Notes under the pieces: generated by a model | Databases searched by the model: none | Seen by the model: the letters and a program-made list of their open reading frames with translations, nothing else | What the model was told of the DNA's origin: nothing | From: an uncultured Boseongicola sp. | Lineage (GTDB): Bacteria; Pseudomonadota; Alphaproteobacteria; Rhodobacterales; Rhodobacteraceae | Assembly (NCBI GenBank): GCA_938016355.1 | Contig: CALLWO010000001.1 | Location: 1 to 59,096 of the forward strand | DNA: 59,096 nucleotides | Reading direction: 5' to 3' | Shown: positions 27,556-37,473 of the stretch, piece after piece | Layout of the letters: each line of letters begins with the position of its first letter | Numbering within the stretch: position 1 is the stretch's first letter | Translations under genes and position numbers: made by a program

Positions 27556-29121
27556 TTATCGGAACAGTGACAGGATCGACTGCGGTGCCTGGTTTGCGAT
27601 CGACAGCGACTGAATCCCAAGCTGCTGCTGCACCTGAAGCGCCTGCAATCGAGCGGATGCTGCCTCGAGATCTGCATCAACCAGTGAGCCGATGCCTGCT
27701 TTTAAGCTGTCCGTAAGTTTGGTGATAAATCCGGACTGAAGATCGATCCGGCTTTGTGATGAACCAAACGAAGCCGCAGCATCAATCGCCGAGTTGAGGA
27801 AGGTGTCTATGTTATCTAGCGCCGAAGATGCACTTTCGTTCGTTGTGACATCCAGACCGTCCAGGCCAAAAAGCCCACCAGAAGCAACGCCGCCTGAACG
27901 GCCATCAACATCCAGTGTCAAACTCGTGCTGGATGAATTATCAATGCTCACAGTCCACGCGCCAGTTGTGGCGTCTTGGGTGACCTGAGTTTGCACTCCG
28001 TCAACGGCGCCCGCGTCTATGGCGGCCTTCAGACCTCTTGCGACGTCCTCGAATGTTTCGCCAGGACCGGCAATATAACGAAAAACTTCGCCACCGAATC
28101 CGGCCTGATACCCATCGCCATCCTGCACCGCAGCCGTCGCACTGAACGTGACCGTTTCTGCGCGCTGTTCGATAGTGCCGCTTGCAAGAGTAAGGCCTGT
28201 ATCGCCGTTCAGAGCTGTAATTTCTGTGCCATCGAGTTCCGCGCTCGTGCCAGAAATCGCAACGTCCACGGATTCAAACGAATTTGTCGAAGAGATCGAC
28301 AAAACGTTAGAACCATCCACGCTTGCTGTCACACCTTCGATGCCCTTTGCGTTGATCTGACCTTCAAAGTAGGCCGCAACCTCAGCGATCGTGTCCGTGG
28401 CAACAGTCGTATAATCAATTTGCACACCACCCACACTTAGCGAGATAGTATCGCCGCCGGTATAGACGCCACCAGTACCCGTGCCCGCTTCAAAGGTGAT
28501 ATCTGCTGTGACCGCATCGTTGGTCAAAGCAGTTCCGCTCAACAAGGTGTTGAAAGAAGCAGCGCCGGTCGAGTTGTCCGCAAGTTGCGTGCCGCCAGAG
28601 TTATATGTGCCAGCGTTGGTGGTCAGGTCCGCACGTGCAATCGAAATGTCACTCGAAGTCACGCCGCCTGAGGCATCACGTTCCAATGACCCGAGAATCG
28701 AAACCGCATCGGTTCCTTCGACCAGGCTCAACCCGTTGAACTGTGCTGCCGAGATAATCGAATTGATCTGGCCAACCTTCGCGTCGATATCGGCCTGAAT
28801 CTTGGAGCGGTCGACGTTTTCTTCCTGAGCCGCAACAATGTTGCCTTTAAGTTCTGTCAGGATCTCTGAAACAGTTTCCGACGCCTGTCGAGCGACTGCG
28901 ATTGTTGAATCGCCCAGGTTCAAACTGTCTGAAATCGCTTTAAAAGCGTTTACGTCAGATTCCAGAACCTTCGACACAGCCCAGATGGCCGAATTGTCTT
29001 TTGCAGTTGAGATTTTCTTGCCGGTTGCGATTTGGTTTTGCGTGTCGACGAGGTTTTGATTGATGGTCCGCAAGTTCTGCAAAGCGACCATTGCGCTTGT
29101 GTTTGTAAGAATACTAGCCAT
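27556..29121 (-). CDS. fliC: Flagellin (521 aa, large central variable domain)
   Basis: N-terminal MASILTNTSAMVALQNLRTINQNLVDTQNQIATGKKI, C-terminal LQVQQQLGIQSLSIANQAPQSILSLFR. Confidence 0.93.
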   Translation of the reverse strand: MASILTNTSAMVALQNLRTINQNLVDTQNQIATGKKISTAKDNSAIWAVSKVLESDVNAFKAISDSLNLGDSTIAVARQASETVSEILTELKGNIVAAQEENVDRSKIQADIDAKVGQINSIISAAQFNGLSLVEGTDAVSILGSLERDASGGVTSSDISIARADLTTNAGTYNSGGTQLADNSTGAASFNTLLSGTALTNDAVTADITFEAGTGTGGVYTGGDTISLSVGGVQIDYTTVATDTIAEVAAYFEGQINAKGIEGVTASVDGSNVLSISSTNSFESVDVAISGTSAELDGTEITALNGDTGLTLASGTIEQRAETVTFSATAAVQDGDGYQAGFGGEVFRYIAGPGETFEDVARGLKAAIDAGAVDGVQTQVTQDATTGAWTVSIDNSSSTSLTLDVDGRSGGVASGGLFGLDGLDVTTNESASSALDNIDTFLNSAIDAAASFGSSQSRIDLQSGFITKLTDSLKAGIGSLVDADLEAASARLQALQVQQQLGIQSLSIANQAPQSILSLFR

Positions 29122-29270
29122 TGGCTGTCTCCAGTGTTTGGACGGTTTTTCGTCCTGTTTCGGGAACGTCTTTCAGACGTGTCGAGCCATTCTGACTATT
29201 GCGCTCACCGCCCCCGGGGCCATGCGCGCCACCCCTCAAAAGGATGCCAAACCGTTGTCGACCCAAAGCG

Positions 29271-29285
29271 TTAACAATCACTCAA
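29271..29285 (-). promoter_or_regulatory. Candidate CtrA-type box (TTAA-N7-TCAA on +, TTGA-N7-TTAA on -) upstream of the flagellin gene
   Basis: TTAACAATCACTCAA lies about 150 nt upstream of the fliC ATG and shares TTAACAATC with the fliF/fliL box. Confidence 0.25.
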
Positions 29286-29335
29286 TAGCCGAGAATTCCG
29301 AAACCCGGATTTGCATAGAATTTTCAACAATTTGC

Positions 29336-29671
29336 TTAGATTTTCTGTTCGATTTTTGAGGATCGCGGGGTGATTACAGCGCGTGATCCATCCGCTCCAT
29401 ATGTCGAGTGGGAGGCAAAGTTTCTTGCTTCACTCACCTGTCTGAGTGCCGATTTAAGCCCTCGACCTACAGCGTCTAATAATTCGCCGTTGCGTCGCGC
29501 CGCTTCGCGCAGGTCTTCGATTTTTGCGGCGTCAACATTGTCTGCTGGCGTCATACCATCAACAAGTTCCGTCTTTTGTTGCGCCAATCGTTCCAGCGCC
29601 GAAAGATTGCCGCTTACAAGGTACTTGCGCTCACGTTCAAGCAAGTCCGCGATGTCGTCCAAGTTACTCAT
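29336..29671 (-). CDS. FlgN-like flagellar chaperone candidate
   Basis: 111 aa, helical. IADLLERERKYLVSGNLSALERLAQQKTELV resembles the FlgN N-terminal pattern. ATGA overlap with the flgJ stop. Confidence 0.5.
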   Translation of the reverse strand: MSNLDDIADLLERERKYLVSGNLSALERLAQQKTELVDGMTPADNVDAAKIEDLREAARRNGELLDAVGRGLKSALRQVSEARNFASHSTYGADGSRAVITPRSSKIEQKI

Positions 29672-29955
29672 TTTACAGCCGCTGACCTAGCTAAAGACCT
29701 ATAAATCGCTTCGGCTAATCCGACCCCGCCCGTTTCTACGATGCCGCGGGATTGCTCATCGACAAGCAGGCTGGAGAATTGATCTTCGCCAACGCCGCCA
29801 CCGAAAGAGTCACGCGCTTCGCCGAGTCCAGCCGATTTCAACATTTCGGCAAGAAAACTCGCTTCAAGCGATTTTGCCATTGTCCACATTTCCGCATCTC
29901 GCGCTTGCGGCGCAATGGGCGCGCTGGAATGTGGAGTGCTGATTTGAGTGATCAT
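29668..29955 (-). CDS. flgJ: Rod-binding protein (FlgJ N-terminal domain only, no muramidase domain)
   Basis: MAKSLEASFLAEMLKSAGLGE...GEDQFSSLLVDEQSRGIVETGGVGLAEAIYRSL is the rod-binding domain signature. I prefer the ATG at 29955, which has a GAGG RBS. The track ORF starts at 29991. Confidence 0.8.
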   Translation of the reverse strand: MITQISTPHSSAPIAPQARDAEMWTMAKSLEASFLAEMLKSAGLGEARDSFGGGVGEDQFSSLLVDEQSRGIVETGGVGLAEAIYRSLARSAAVK

Positions 29956-30069
29956 GAGTACGCCTCGATATCTTCTGACAATTGTCGGCACTATCTTTGG
30001 CGGGGGTAAAGATACGGTAACTTCGTTCGATTAATCCGGTGGTGAACTGGCAGGACAGAAGGTCCAACA

Positions 30070-31839
30070 ATGCAACTGACACCATTCCTCACCGGAACTT
30101 CGAAAAATTCTGTGCCAAGTGACCAGAACTCGGCCGTCCTAGTTTCCGAGACTGCGCTCTCCCCCTTTGGCGCTCTGATTGAGAGCAATCAATTGGGTGA
30201 TAGCGATTCAGAATCGGTAAATGTCGCCGCCGCGAGTTTCGACACATTCAGTTTGACCGATGACATAATCGTGCCGGCACCTGAGTCTCGCAAATCGACG
30301 CCTCAAATGTTCACGGAACTGCAGGGCCGAAATTTGCCAATGCCTCAGGTTGAAAAATTGGCATCAGCTAAGCAAGAGCCTGCGGCACCTTCAATTATCT
30401 TGGAATCACCAAAGCGAACCGGCCCGGTGATGGACGAGGATGTGTCAAACCGTGTCATCGCAATGGTCGATGGAAAGTCGCCGACAGAGCCCGAGTTCCA
30501 TTTGGCGCAATCACGTGGAAATCCAAATCCAAAAGTGAGCTCCCAAAACGCCGGATTGGACGAAAGCATCCCAAAATTGTCCAAAGAAACTGTGCCAACG
30601 GTGTCCAAACCGGGCCCAGAGCCTCTGGTTACCGGATCCGCGAGTAATTTCGCGCAGGAAGAACCTGCGACCGAGGTTCCAGTCGAAAACAAGCGCGCAT
30701 TGGACCCTGTTTCGACCAAACCACAGCGTCGTTCCGAGGCGATTCCCACTGAATCGCCCGATAAGTCGCCATCGAATTTCGTCGACGGAAAGAGGGCAGA
30801 AACCGCTTCGGGCCGAGCCAGTCAACCTGTTGAATCTGAGAGCAAAAATCCGCTATCCCGTTCGCCGGAGCACGCGCCCGCGAAGCCAGAAAGTGTTCCT
30901 TTCCCGCGCAACACGGCCGATGTCGACGTGAGGTGGCAACCGGCATCTCAATCCCGACCTGATGTGAAGACCGAGCGTCTTAACGTGCCGCCACCCGAAT
31001 CCGCACAAATTTCGTCGCAAAAAAGCGGTGTTGAGCGTTCGCCACAAGTTTCCGAGGATTTGCCTCGGACTGGTCAGGCGTCCCCAAAACTTGGCGCTTT
31101 GCCGCAGACGCCTTCGCAGAATCTCAAGCCTGCGTCCGGCCCTTTTCAAACTGGTCCCGCCGTGGCCCGCGCCGCCCCTGATCTGCCCAATGCGAAGCCA
31201 AGCGAACCCGGCGAAGCACGCAAAAATCCGCAGATTATCGCGTCGCCGCCTCAGTCGCCTGGGACCCCGGCCGCTCCGGCGATTCCGAACGCCGCGGCAC
31301 TGATCTCTGGCCAGGTGTTTGAAGCCACAAAACCACGGGAGGCGCGTGCGACTGGCGCCGGCGAAGCATTGGGGTTCGCGCCGCTTGATTTAGGTTCCAC
31401 GCGGGAAAACCACCCCGTTTCACCTCAGACGGCAAAGCCCGAAATGCCAAAGCCCGCGGTCTTGCAACTGGTCGAGGCGGCGCGCCAAACGCGCGAGGGC
31501 GTGCTTGAGATCCGGCTTTCTCCCGAAGAGCTCGGACGAGTAAAACTCGCCATGTCACCGGGTGAGGCGGGGCTTCAGGTGACCATTCTCGCGGAACGCG
31601 CCGACACGCTCGACCTGATCCGGCGCCATGTCGACCTCTTGGCTCAAGAGCTCCGCAATCAAGGGCATGAGAACCCGACATTCCATTTTGGCGAGAACGC
31701 ATCTGACCAAAGGGACAACCGCTCCGACAATAATCATCCGCAGCGTATCCTTGGTGACCTCCAATCGCGGGAAGATTCGCCCGCGCGCCCGAACCGATCT
31801 CCAATAAATAGCGGTGGCGGTCTGGATCTGCGGCTTTGA
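30070..31839 (+). CDS. fliK: Hook-length control protein FliK
   Basis: A long Pro/Ser-rich region and a C-terminal Flg_hook-type domain (LEIRLSPEELGRVKLAMSPGEAGLQVTILAERADTLDLIRRHVDLLAQELRNQG). Confidence 0.85.
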   Translation: MQLTPFLTGTSKNSVPSDQNSAVLVSETALSPFGALIESNQLGDSDSESVNVAAASFDTFSLTDDIIVPAPESRKSTPQMFTELQGRNLPMPQVEKLASAKQEPAAPSIILESPKRTGPVMDEDVSNRVIAMVDGKSPTEPEFHLAQSRGNPNPKVSSQNAGLDESIPKLSKETVPTVSKPGPEPLVTGSASNFAQEEPATEVPVENKRALDPVSTKPQRRSEAIPTESPDKSPSNFVDGKRAETASGRASQPVESESKNPLSRSPEHAPAKPESVPFPRNTADVDVRWQPASQSRPDVKTERLNVPPPESAQISSQKSGVERSPQVSEDLPRTGQASPKLGALPQTPSQNLKPASGPFQTGPAVARAAPDLPNAKPSEPGEARKNPQIIASPPQSPGTPAAPAIPNAAALISGQVFEATKPREARATGAGEALGFAPLDLGSTRENHPVSPQTAKPEMPKPAVLQLVEAARQTREGVLEIRLSPEELGRVKLAMSPGEAGLQVTILAERADTLDLIRRHVDLLAQELRNQGHENPTFHFGENASDQRDNRSDNNHPQRILGDLQSREDSPARPNRSPINSGGGLDLRL

Positions 31840-31854
31840 AAAAGGAAAAATACA

Positions 31855-32541
31855 ATGGAAATCCAATCACAATCGCCCTTCGCAGCGTCTGCGGCCAATG
31901 CGACACCGTCGGTGAGCCAACCGGAATCGGCGGGTTCAGCGCTGAGTTCGGACTTTGAGACGTTTCTCAAAATGCTGACGGTCCAGATGGAGAATCAAGA
32001 CCCGCTGAACCCGGTCGAATCGTCCGATTTCGCCGTCCAACTCGCCACGTTCTCCGGCGTCGAACAGCAAATCCGCACCAACGGTCTCCTTGAAGACATG
32101 GCCACCGGGCAGGGCGCTTCCGGATTGGCACAGCTTGCCGGCTGGGTTGGAATGGAAGCGCGGGTAACCGGTTCGGCCGCGTTCGCAGGCACGCCCATCA
32201 CAATTGCACCCTCGCCTGATCCGGCTTCAGATGCGGCCTATCTGGTCGTGCGCAATGCAAGTGGCGACGTTGTTTCGCGTGAGGGCGTCCCGATAAACGC
32301 CAAGACGCTAGACTGGGCAGGTGTGGACGTGTCTGGCGCCCCGCTGGCAGCAGGCAATTACACGTTTGAACTCGAAAGCCTAAATCAGGGAACGATTTCC
32401 TCGGTCAAACCGGTCGACCACTATGCCCTCGTGACAGAGGCGCGTCTGGGCGATGCGGGCGTTGATATTGTTCTTGCAGGCGGTGGCACCGTGCCTTCTG
32501 CGCAGGTCTCTGCTCTTCGGACGCCGCCGGGAACGAACTAA
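31855..32541 (+). CDS. flgD: Hook capping/assembly protein FlgD
   Basis: DFETFLKMLTVQMENQDPLNPVESSDFAVQLATFSGVEQ is the canonical FlgD motif. Confidence 0.93.
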   Translation: MEIQSQSPFAASAANATPSVSQPESAGSALSSDFETFLKMLTVQMENQDPLNPVESSDFAVQLATFSGVEQQIRTNGLLEDMATGQGASGLAQLAGWVGMEARVTGSAAFAGTPITIAPSPDPASDAAYLVVRNASGDVVSREGVPINAKTLDWAGVDVSGAPLAAGNYTFELESLNQGTISSVKPVDHYALVTEARLGDAGVDIVLAGGGTVPSAQVSALRTPPGTN

Positions 32542-32544
32542 TCG

Positions 32545-34077
32545 TCAGAGCCACGTGCCGGCGATAACGCCAAGCCCGACAAGAGCGCCACCAAACGCCA
32601 TCCACAGGAGTGGCCACAATCGCGAGGGTTTTCGCGGGGTTTCATGCGGTTGATTGCCTTGCCGGATCAGTGCAGCCTCGGCAAGTTGTGGCAATCGTGG
32701 GCCAAACCGACTTAGGACACGACCCGTTCGGATAAGGTCCCGCGCCAAGGCTTTGGGGCCGACATTGTCCGCGATATAGCCTTCGACGACCGGTCGCGCG
32801 GTCGTCCAGATGTTGATGTGTGGGTCAAGCGAACGCGCAACCCCTTCAACAACCACCATCGTGCGCTGCAACAAAATCAGCTCGGTACGCGTTTCCATTC
32901 CAAAGCGATCCGTCACCTCAAACAAGTAACTGAGCAGCCGTCCCATGGATATCCGCGTGGCATCCATTCCGAAAATCGGCTCGCCAACCGCACGCAAAGC
33001 GCGCGCAAATTCGTCAATGTCGCGATCAGCAGGCACATATCCCGCTTCGAAATGCACTTCGGCCACACGGCGATAATCCTTGCGGATAAAGCCGAAAAGA
33101 ATCTCTGCATAAACCCGACGTGTATATTCGTCGATCCGGCCCATTATGCCAAAATCGAGCGCAACAAGCGTTCCGTCCGAGGATACTTTCAGATTGCCTT
33201 GATGCATGTCCGCGTGAAAGTACCCGTCTCGAAGCGCATGGCTGAGGAACATCGTCAGTACCTTGTCTCCGAGTGCTTCGCGGTCATGACCAGCGGCATC
33301 AATCGCCTGAACATCACCCAATGGGATGCCCCCGACCCAAGCCAGCGTCATCACCCGCCTCGACGACAAAAACCATTTGACTTCCGGAACCGAAAATCCG
33401 GGATCATCGGCTGTGTTGGCCTCAAATTCTGCGGCAGATGCGGTTTCCAGCCGCAAATCAAGCTCGCCCAAAACCACGCCCTCAAAATGCGCGATCACAT
33501 CCATTGGGCGCAATCTTCGTGCCGATGGGGCCAGCGTTTCGATCAGCCTTGCGGCAAAGTAAAAGGCGTCAATGTCACGCCGAAACGCCTGCTCGATACG
33601 CGGGCGAAGCACTTTGACGGCAACCTCTTCACCGCTATCGGCGAGCCGCGCTTTGTGGACCTGTGCGATGGATGCGGCGGCGACAGGTTCGGAGAACTCC
33701 GAAAACACGTCATCGACGGCGACGCCCAATTCATCCGCGACCGTCTTCTTGGCAATGTCGATCGAAAACGGCGGTAGCTTGTCTTGAAGGACACGCAATT
33801 GCAGCGCCAGTTCATCGCCAACCACGTCAGGCCGAGTTGAAAGGATTTGTCCGAATTTGATGTAGGCCGGGCCCAGTGCTGTGATTGCCCGCGTGGCAGG
33901 CGGCAGCGAGGGATCACCCTTGTAACCAAGCCATTTGAACGGCCAGCCAAGTACGCGCGCCGCAACCCTCAATGATGTCGGTGCGTCGAACGCCTCCAAC
34001 ACGACACCCATCGCGCCGGTTCGCTCCAGCGTCGCGCCGGTGCGAATTAGGCGAAGTATGTTGTGCGGTCCGCGCAT
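32545..34077 (-). CDS. ubiB: Ubiquinone biosynthesis protein UbiB (ABC1/atypical kinase family)
   Basis: LGPAYIKFGQILSTRPDVVG, AAASIAQVHKARL, HADMHQGNL and a C-terminal TM segment. Confidence 0.93.
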   Translation of the reverse strand: MRGPHNILRLIRTGATLERTGAMGVVLEAFDAPTSLRVAARVLGWPFKWLGYKGDPSLPPATRAITALGPAYIKFGQILSTRPDVVGDELALQLRVLQDKLPPFSIDIAKKTVADELGVAVDDVFSEFSEPVAAASIAQVHKARLADSGEEVAVKVLRPRIEQAFRRDIDAFYFAARLIETLAPSARRLRPMDVIAHFEGVVLGELDLRLETASAAEFEANTADDPGFSVPEVKWFLSSRRVMTLAWVGGIPLGDVQAIDAAGHDREALGDKVLTMFLSHALRDGYFHADMHQGNLKVSSDGTLVALDFGIMGRIDEYTRRVYAEILFGFIRKDYRRVAEVHFEAGYVPADRDIDEFARALRAVGEPIFGMDATRISMGRLLSYLFEVTDRFGMETRTELILLQRTMVVVEGVARSLDPHINIWTTARPVVEGYIADNVGPKALARDLIRTGRVLSRFGPRLPQLAEAALIRQGNQPHETPRKPSRLWPLLWMAFGGALVGLGVIAGTWL

Positions 34078-34833
34078 TCAGAGCTTCCACCCGGAATGCA
34101 ACGCGGCGATACCCATGGACAGATTGCGAAACTTCACCTGATCGAATCCCGCGTCCGCGATCATGTCGGCAAACGTGTCCTGATCGGGAAACTTGCGGAT
34201 CGATTCCACAAGGTACTGATAACTATCGCGATCGTCGGCGATCATCTGACCCATACGCGGGATCACGTTATACGAATACAGATCATAGAGCTTTTGAAGC
34301 CCGTCATTAGGAAGCTGGGAAAACTCCAGAACCATCAAACGACCACCGGGCCGCAAAACACGATAGGCCTCACCAAGCGCATCCGAAATGCGAGTCACGT
34401 TCCGAATGCCAAACGAGATCGTGTAAACGTCAAATACGTTATCCTCGAAGGGCAAGGCCATGGCATCGCCTGTGATCCAATCAAGCTGATTGGCCATCGC
34501 ACCGGCTTCGGCGCGCTTGCGCCCCTCGACCAACATCGATTCCGTCATGTCCAGTACAACCGCCGAAGCACCCGGTGCGCGCTTAAGAAACCTGAACGCA
34601 ATATCACCCGTACCACCGGCAACATCCAAAAGCCGCTGATCCGAACGCGGCGCAAGCCAGTCCATCATCGCGTCTTTCCAAAGCCGATGAATGCCCACCG
34701 ACATCACGTCGTTCATCACATCGTACTTGGACGCCACGTTCGAAAACACGCCGTGAACCAACCCAGCCTTATCGGCCTCCAGAACTTCACGCTCACCAAA
34801 GTGCGTTGTTTTTTCGCCACTATTCTCTGTCAT
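34078..34833 (-). CDS. ubiE: Demethylmenaquinone/ubiquinone C-methyltransferase UbiE
   Basis: THFGEREV...[25 protein letters not shown]...[14 protein letters not shown] prefer the ATG at 34833. The 49-aa N-terminal extension in the track ORF looks non-native. Confidence 0.93.
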   Translation of the reverse strand: MTENSGEKTTHFGEREVLEADKAGLVHGVFSNVASKYDVMNDVMSVGIHRLWKDAMMDWLAPRSDQRLLDVAGGTGDIAFRFLKRAPGASAVVLDMTESMLVEGRKRAEAGAMANQLDWITGDAMALPFEDNVFDVYTISFGIRNVTRISDALGEAYRVLRPGGRLMVLEFSQLPNDGLQKLYDLYSYNVIPRMGQMIADDRDSYQYLVESIRKFPDQDTFADMIADAGFDQVKFRNLSMGIAALHSGWKL

Positions 34834-34980
34834 GGCCCAATGCCCAACTAATTCCACATACCCGATATAGCCTCTAATGCAGGGACACAAACGCGTTGAA
34901 TGGACGCGCTTACCTGACTTGCCCTTTTGACACCCAAAAGCGGCGAAAAACAGACGTGCAAGAAGTAGGACAAACAGCAA

Positions 34981-35628
34981 ATGGGCCGCATTATTCTTTT
35001 TCTCGGGATCCTGCTCGTCGGGTTCTATGCATTCTTCATATTTGCTCTGAACCGGGAAGCCATAGAGCCTTTCCTCATGGACGTCGGAATCGACCCTGAC
35101 AGCATCTGGACCCGCGGTATTCTAAAGGCCGTCGCGATTGCTCTGATCGGCATGCCAGTGGCAGGTCTCATGTGGTCGATTGCAGCGCTTGGATCAACCA
35201 AGGCCACGGTCGATATCCACGGCTATATTGTGTTGCGGCTCCGATCCGGCGCGCGCTATTTCTTTTCGGTCGCTTCGATCGGATTTGCCGGATTGTTCAT
35301 CTTCGTGGCGACCGAAGAAAGCGACAACATCTTCTTCAACCTTTTCTTGGTCGCCTTTGGTCTGGCCTTCATGTTCGGCGGTGTTTGGATATTCATCGCC
35401 AAGGTGCGCTACGATAATTCAACACTTTTCGTTACCGAATACACCGGCGCGACGCGCCGCCACGAATGGGCCGACCTCGAAGGGCTCGAAGTCAACGATC
35501 AGGCGCAGGAATTCCATCTCTTGTTTCGCACCGGTCGAAAAGCGCGTATCTCGTTCTACTACCAAGGGGTCAATGATTTGATCCGCGTGGCAGAGGACAA
35601 GTTACACGTATATGCCAGAGCTTCCTGA
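34981..35628 (+). CDS. Hypothetical membrane protein (about 4 TM segments plus a small soluble C-terminal domain)
   Basis: Hydrophobic segments are visible. The 3' end overlaps the mutM start by 17 nt. I recognise no family. Confidence 0.6.
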   Translation: MGRIILFLGILLVGFYAFFIFALNREAIEPFLMDVGIDPDSIWTRGILKAVAIALIGMPVAGLMWSIAALGSTKATVDIHGYIVLRLRSGARYFFSVASIGFAGLFIFVATEESDNIFFNLFLVAFGLAFMFGGVWIFIAKVRYDNSTLFVTEYTGATRRHEWADLEGLEVNDQAQEFHLLFRTGRKARISFYYQGVNDLIRVAEDKLHVYARAS

Positions 35629-36463
35629 AGTCGAAACCGTCCGCCGGGGTCTCCTCCCTGTTATCGAAGGCCACACGATCACCAATGCCGACGTGCGCCG
35701 TCCCGATCTCAGATGGCCGTTTCCAGACAACATGGCCAACAGATTAGCGGGTCAAAAGATCACGTCTCTACGCCGCCGCTCGAAATATCTTCTGGTCGAT
35801 CTGGCGTCGGGCGAAACGCTGATCATCCATCTTGGCATGTCCGGGCGGCTTTTGATCTCGGGCGATCCGCTCGGCAACTTCCATCACGAACATCCTGCGC
35901 CGGAAAAGCATGACCACGTTGTGTTTGATTTCGACAACGGCGCGCGCGTCACATTCAACGACCCGCGCCGTTTCGGTGCGATGGATTTGGGGGCAACCGA
36001 AAACCTCGAAGATCACAAGCTAATCCGCGATATCGGGCCTGAACCGCTGGGCAATACGTTTAACGCATCCTATCTCGCTGACCGTTTGAAAGGCCGTCAG
36101 ACGCCGATGAAAACTGCGCTGCTGGATCAAAAGATCGTCGCGGGTTTGGGCAACATCTATGTTTGCGAAGCGCTCTACCGCGCACGCATTTCGCCACGCC
36201 GAAAAGCTGGCAACCTCTCGCGTGCCAAGATCGAAATTCTGGTTCCGATCATCCGCGATGTGTTGTCCGAAGCCATCGAAGCGGGCGGCTCATCGCTCAA
36301 GGATTATCGCCAAACCGATGGCGAACTTGGCTATTTTCAGCACAATTTCCGCGCCTACGATCGCGAAGGCGAGGCGTGTCAAACACCTGAGTGCAGTGGG
36401 AAAATTGATAGAATCGTGCAATCCGGCCGCTCAACCTTCTTTTGTGGGCGCTGCCAAAGATAA
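35612..36463 (+). CDS. mutM: Formamidopyrimidine-DNA glycosylase MutM/Fpg
   Basis: [15 protein letters not shown]-terminus, H2TH region, C-terminal zinc finger CxxxxC...CGRCQ. Confidence 0.95.
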   Translation: MPELPEVETVRRGLLPVIEGHTITNADVRRPDLRWPFPDNMANRLAGQKITSLRRRSKYLLVDLASGETLIIHLGMSGRLLISGDPLGNFHHEHPAPEKHDHVVFDFDNGARVTFNDPRRFGAMDLGATENLEDHKLIRDIGPEPLGNTFNASYLADRLKGRQTPMKTALLDQKIVAGLGNIYVCEALYRARISPRRKAGNLSRAKIEILVPIIRDVLSEAIEAGGSSLKDYRQTDGELGYFQHNFRAYDREGEACQTPECSGKIDRIVQSGRSTFFCGRCQR

Positions 36464-36527
36464 CTTGAACACTGGTCTTGGAGTGCTAATCCTTCCAAGG
36501 GTTCGTCTGAGCGAAAAGTGAGATTCC

Positions 36528-37304
36528 ATGGCCTACAACACGATCATTGTCGACGTCGAAGACCAGATTGCCACCATTCGCCTGAACCGGCCCGATGCGC
36601 TGAACGCCATTAACGCCGAGCTTTTGTCAGAGTTGGCGAACGCTGTGACCGACGCCAATCAGAACGACAAAGTCCGTTGTCTGATTATTGCCGGTTCGGA
36701 AAAAGCTTTCGCCGCTGGCGCCGACATCACGGAAATGGCGGACAAGTCATTTGTAGACGTATTCTCCAGCGACTTCCTCGTTGGCGATTCCGAAGCGATC
36801 CTGCGGTGCCGCAAACCAATCATTGCCGCCGTCTCCGGCTATGCGCTGGGCGGCGGGTGCGAACTTGCCATGATGTGCGATTTTATCATCGCCGCAGACA
36901 CCGCAAAATTTGGTCAGCCTGAAATAAACCTTGGTGTGATTGCCGGATTGGGCGGCTCGCAACGCCTTACGCGGTTTGTTGGCAAATCCAAATCCATGGA
37001 AATGCATCTCACCGGGCGGTTCATGGAAGCGGATGAAGCGGAACGCTCAGGCCTTGTTAGTCGCGTCGTGCCTGCCAAAAAGCTGATGGAAGAAGCGCGC
37101 GCCGCTGCAGTCAAGATCACCGAAAAGTCCATGATCGCGACAATGGCCGTTAAGGAATCGGTAAACCGCAGCTACGAAACCAGCTTGCGCGAAGGGCTCT
37201 TGTTCGAGCGTCGGCTTTTTCATTCGATGTTTGCCACCGAAGACCAAAGCGAAGGCATGACGGCGTTCTCGGAAAAACGCGAAGCGCAGTTCCGCGATAA
37301 GTAG
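36528..37304 (+). CDS. Enoyl-CoA hydratase (crotonase family)
   Basis: [28 protein letters not shown] and [10 protein letters not shown] are crotonase signatures. Confidence 0.9.
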   Translation: MAYNTIIVDVEDQIATIRLNRPDALNAINAELLSELANAVTDANQNDKVRCLIIAGSEKAFAAGADITEMADKSFVDVFSSDFLVGDSEAILRCRKPIIAAVSGYALGGGCELAMMCDFIIAADTAKFGQPEINLGVIAGLGGSQRLTRFVGKSKSMEMHLTGRFMEADEAERSGLVSRVVPAKKLMEEARAAAVKITEKSMIATMAVKESVNRSYETSLREGLLFERRLFHSMFATEDQSEGMTAFSEKREAQFRDK

Positions 37305-37473
37305 GGTCACTCCCGCCCGCATTTTTCTCTTTCCTTTTAAAGCCGGGTTGAGTACATCGCCCCGGTACATGCGCGCGAGGCCCGCTTAGGCTAGATTCGT
37401 CCGGTTCTTCGAACCCGGCGTCAGGTCTTGCGCAAGACCGCCTGTGATCAGGCAAGACGAAGGGAAAAGAACC

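Noticed and set aside
32818-34851. The 319-aa and 262-aa plus-strand ORFs opposite ubiB and ubiE.
   Set aside because: They are shadow frames opposite clearly recognisable ubiB and ubiE. Their products are His/Arg-rich and look non-native.
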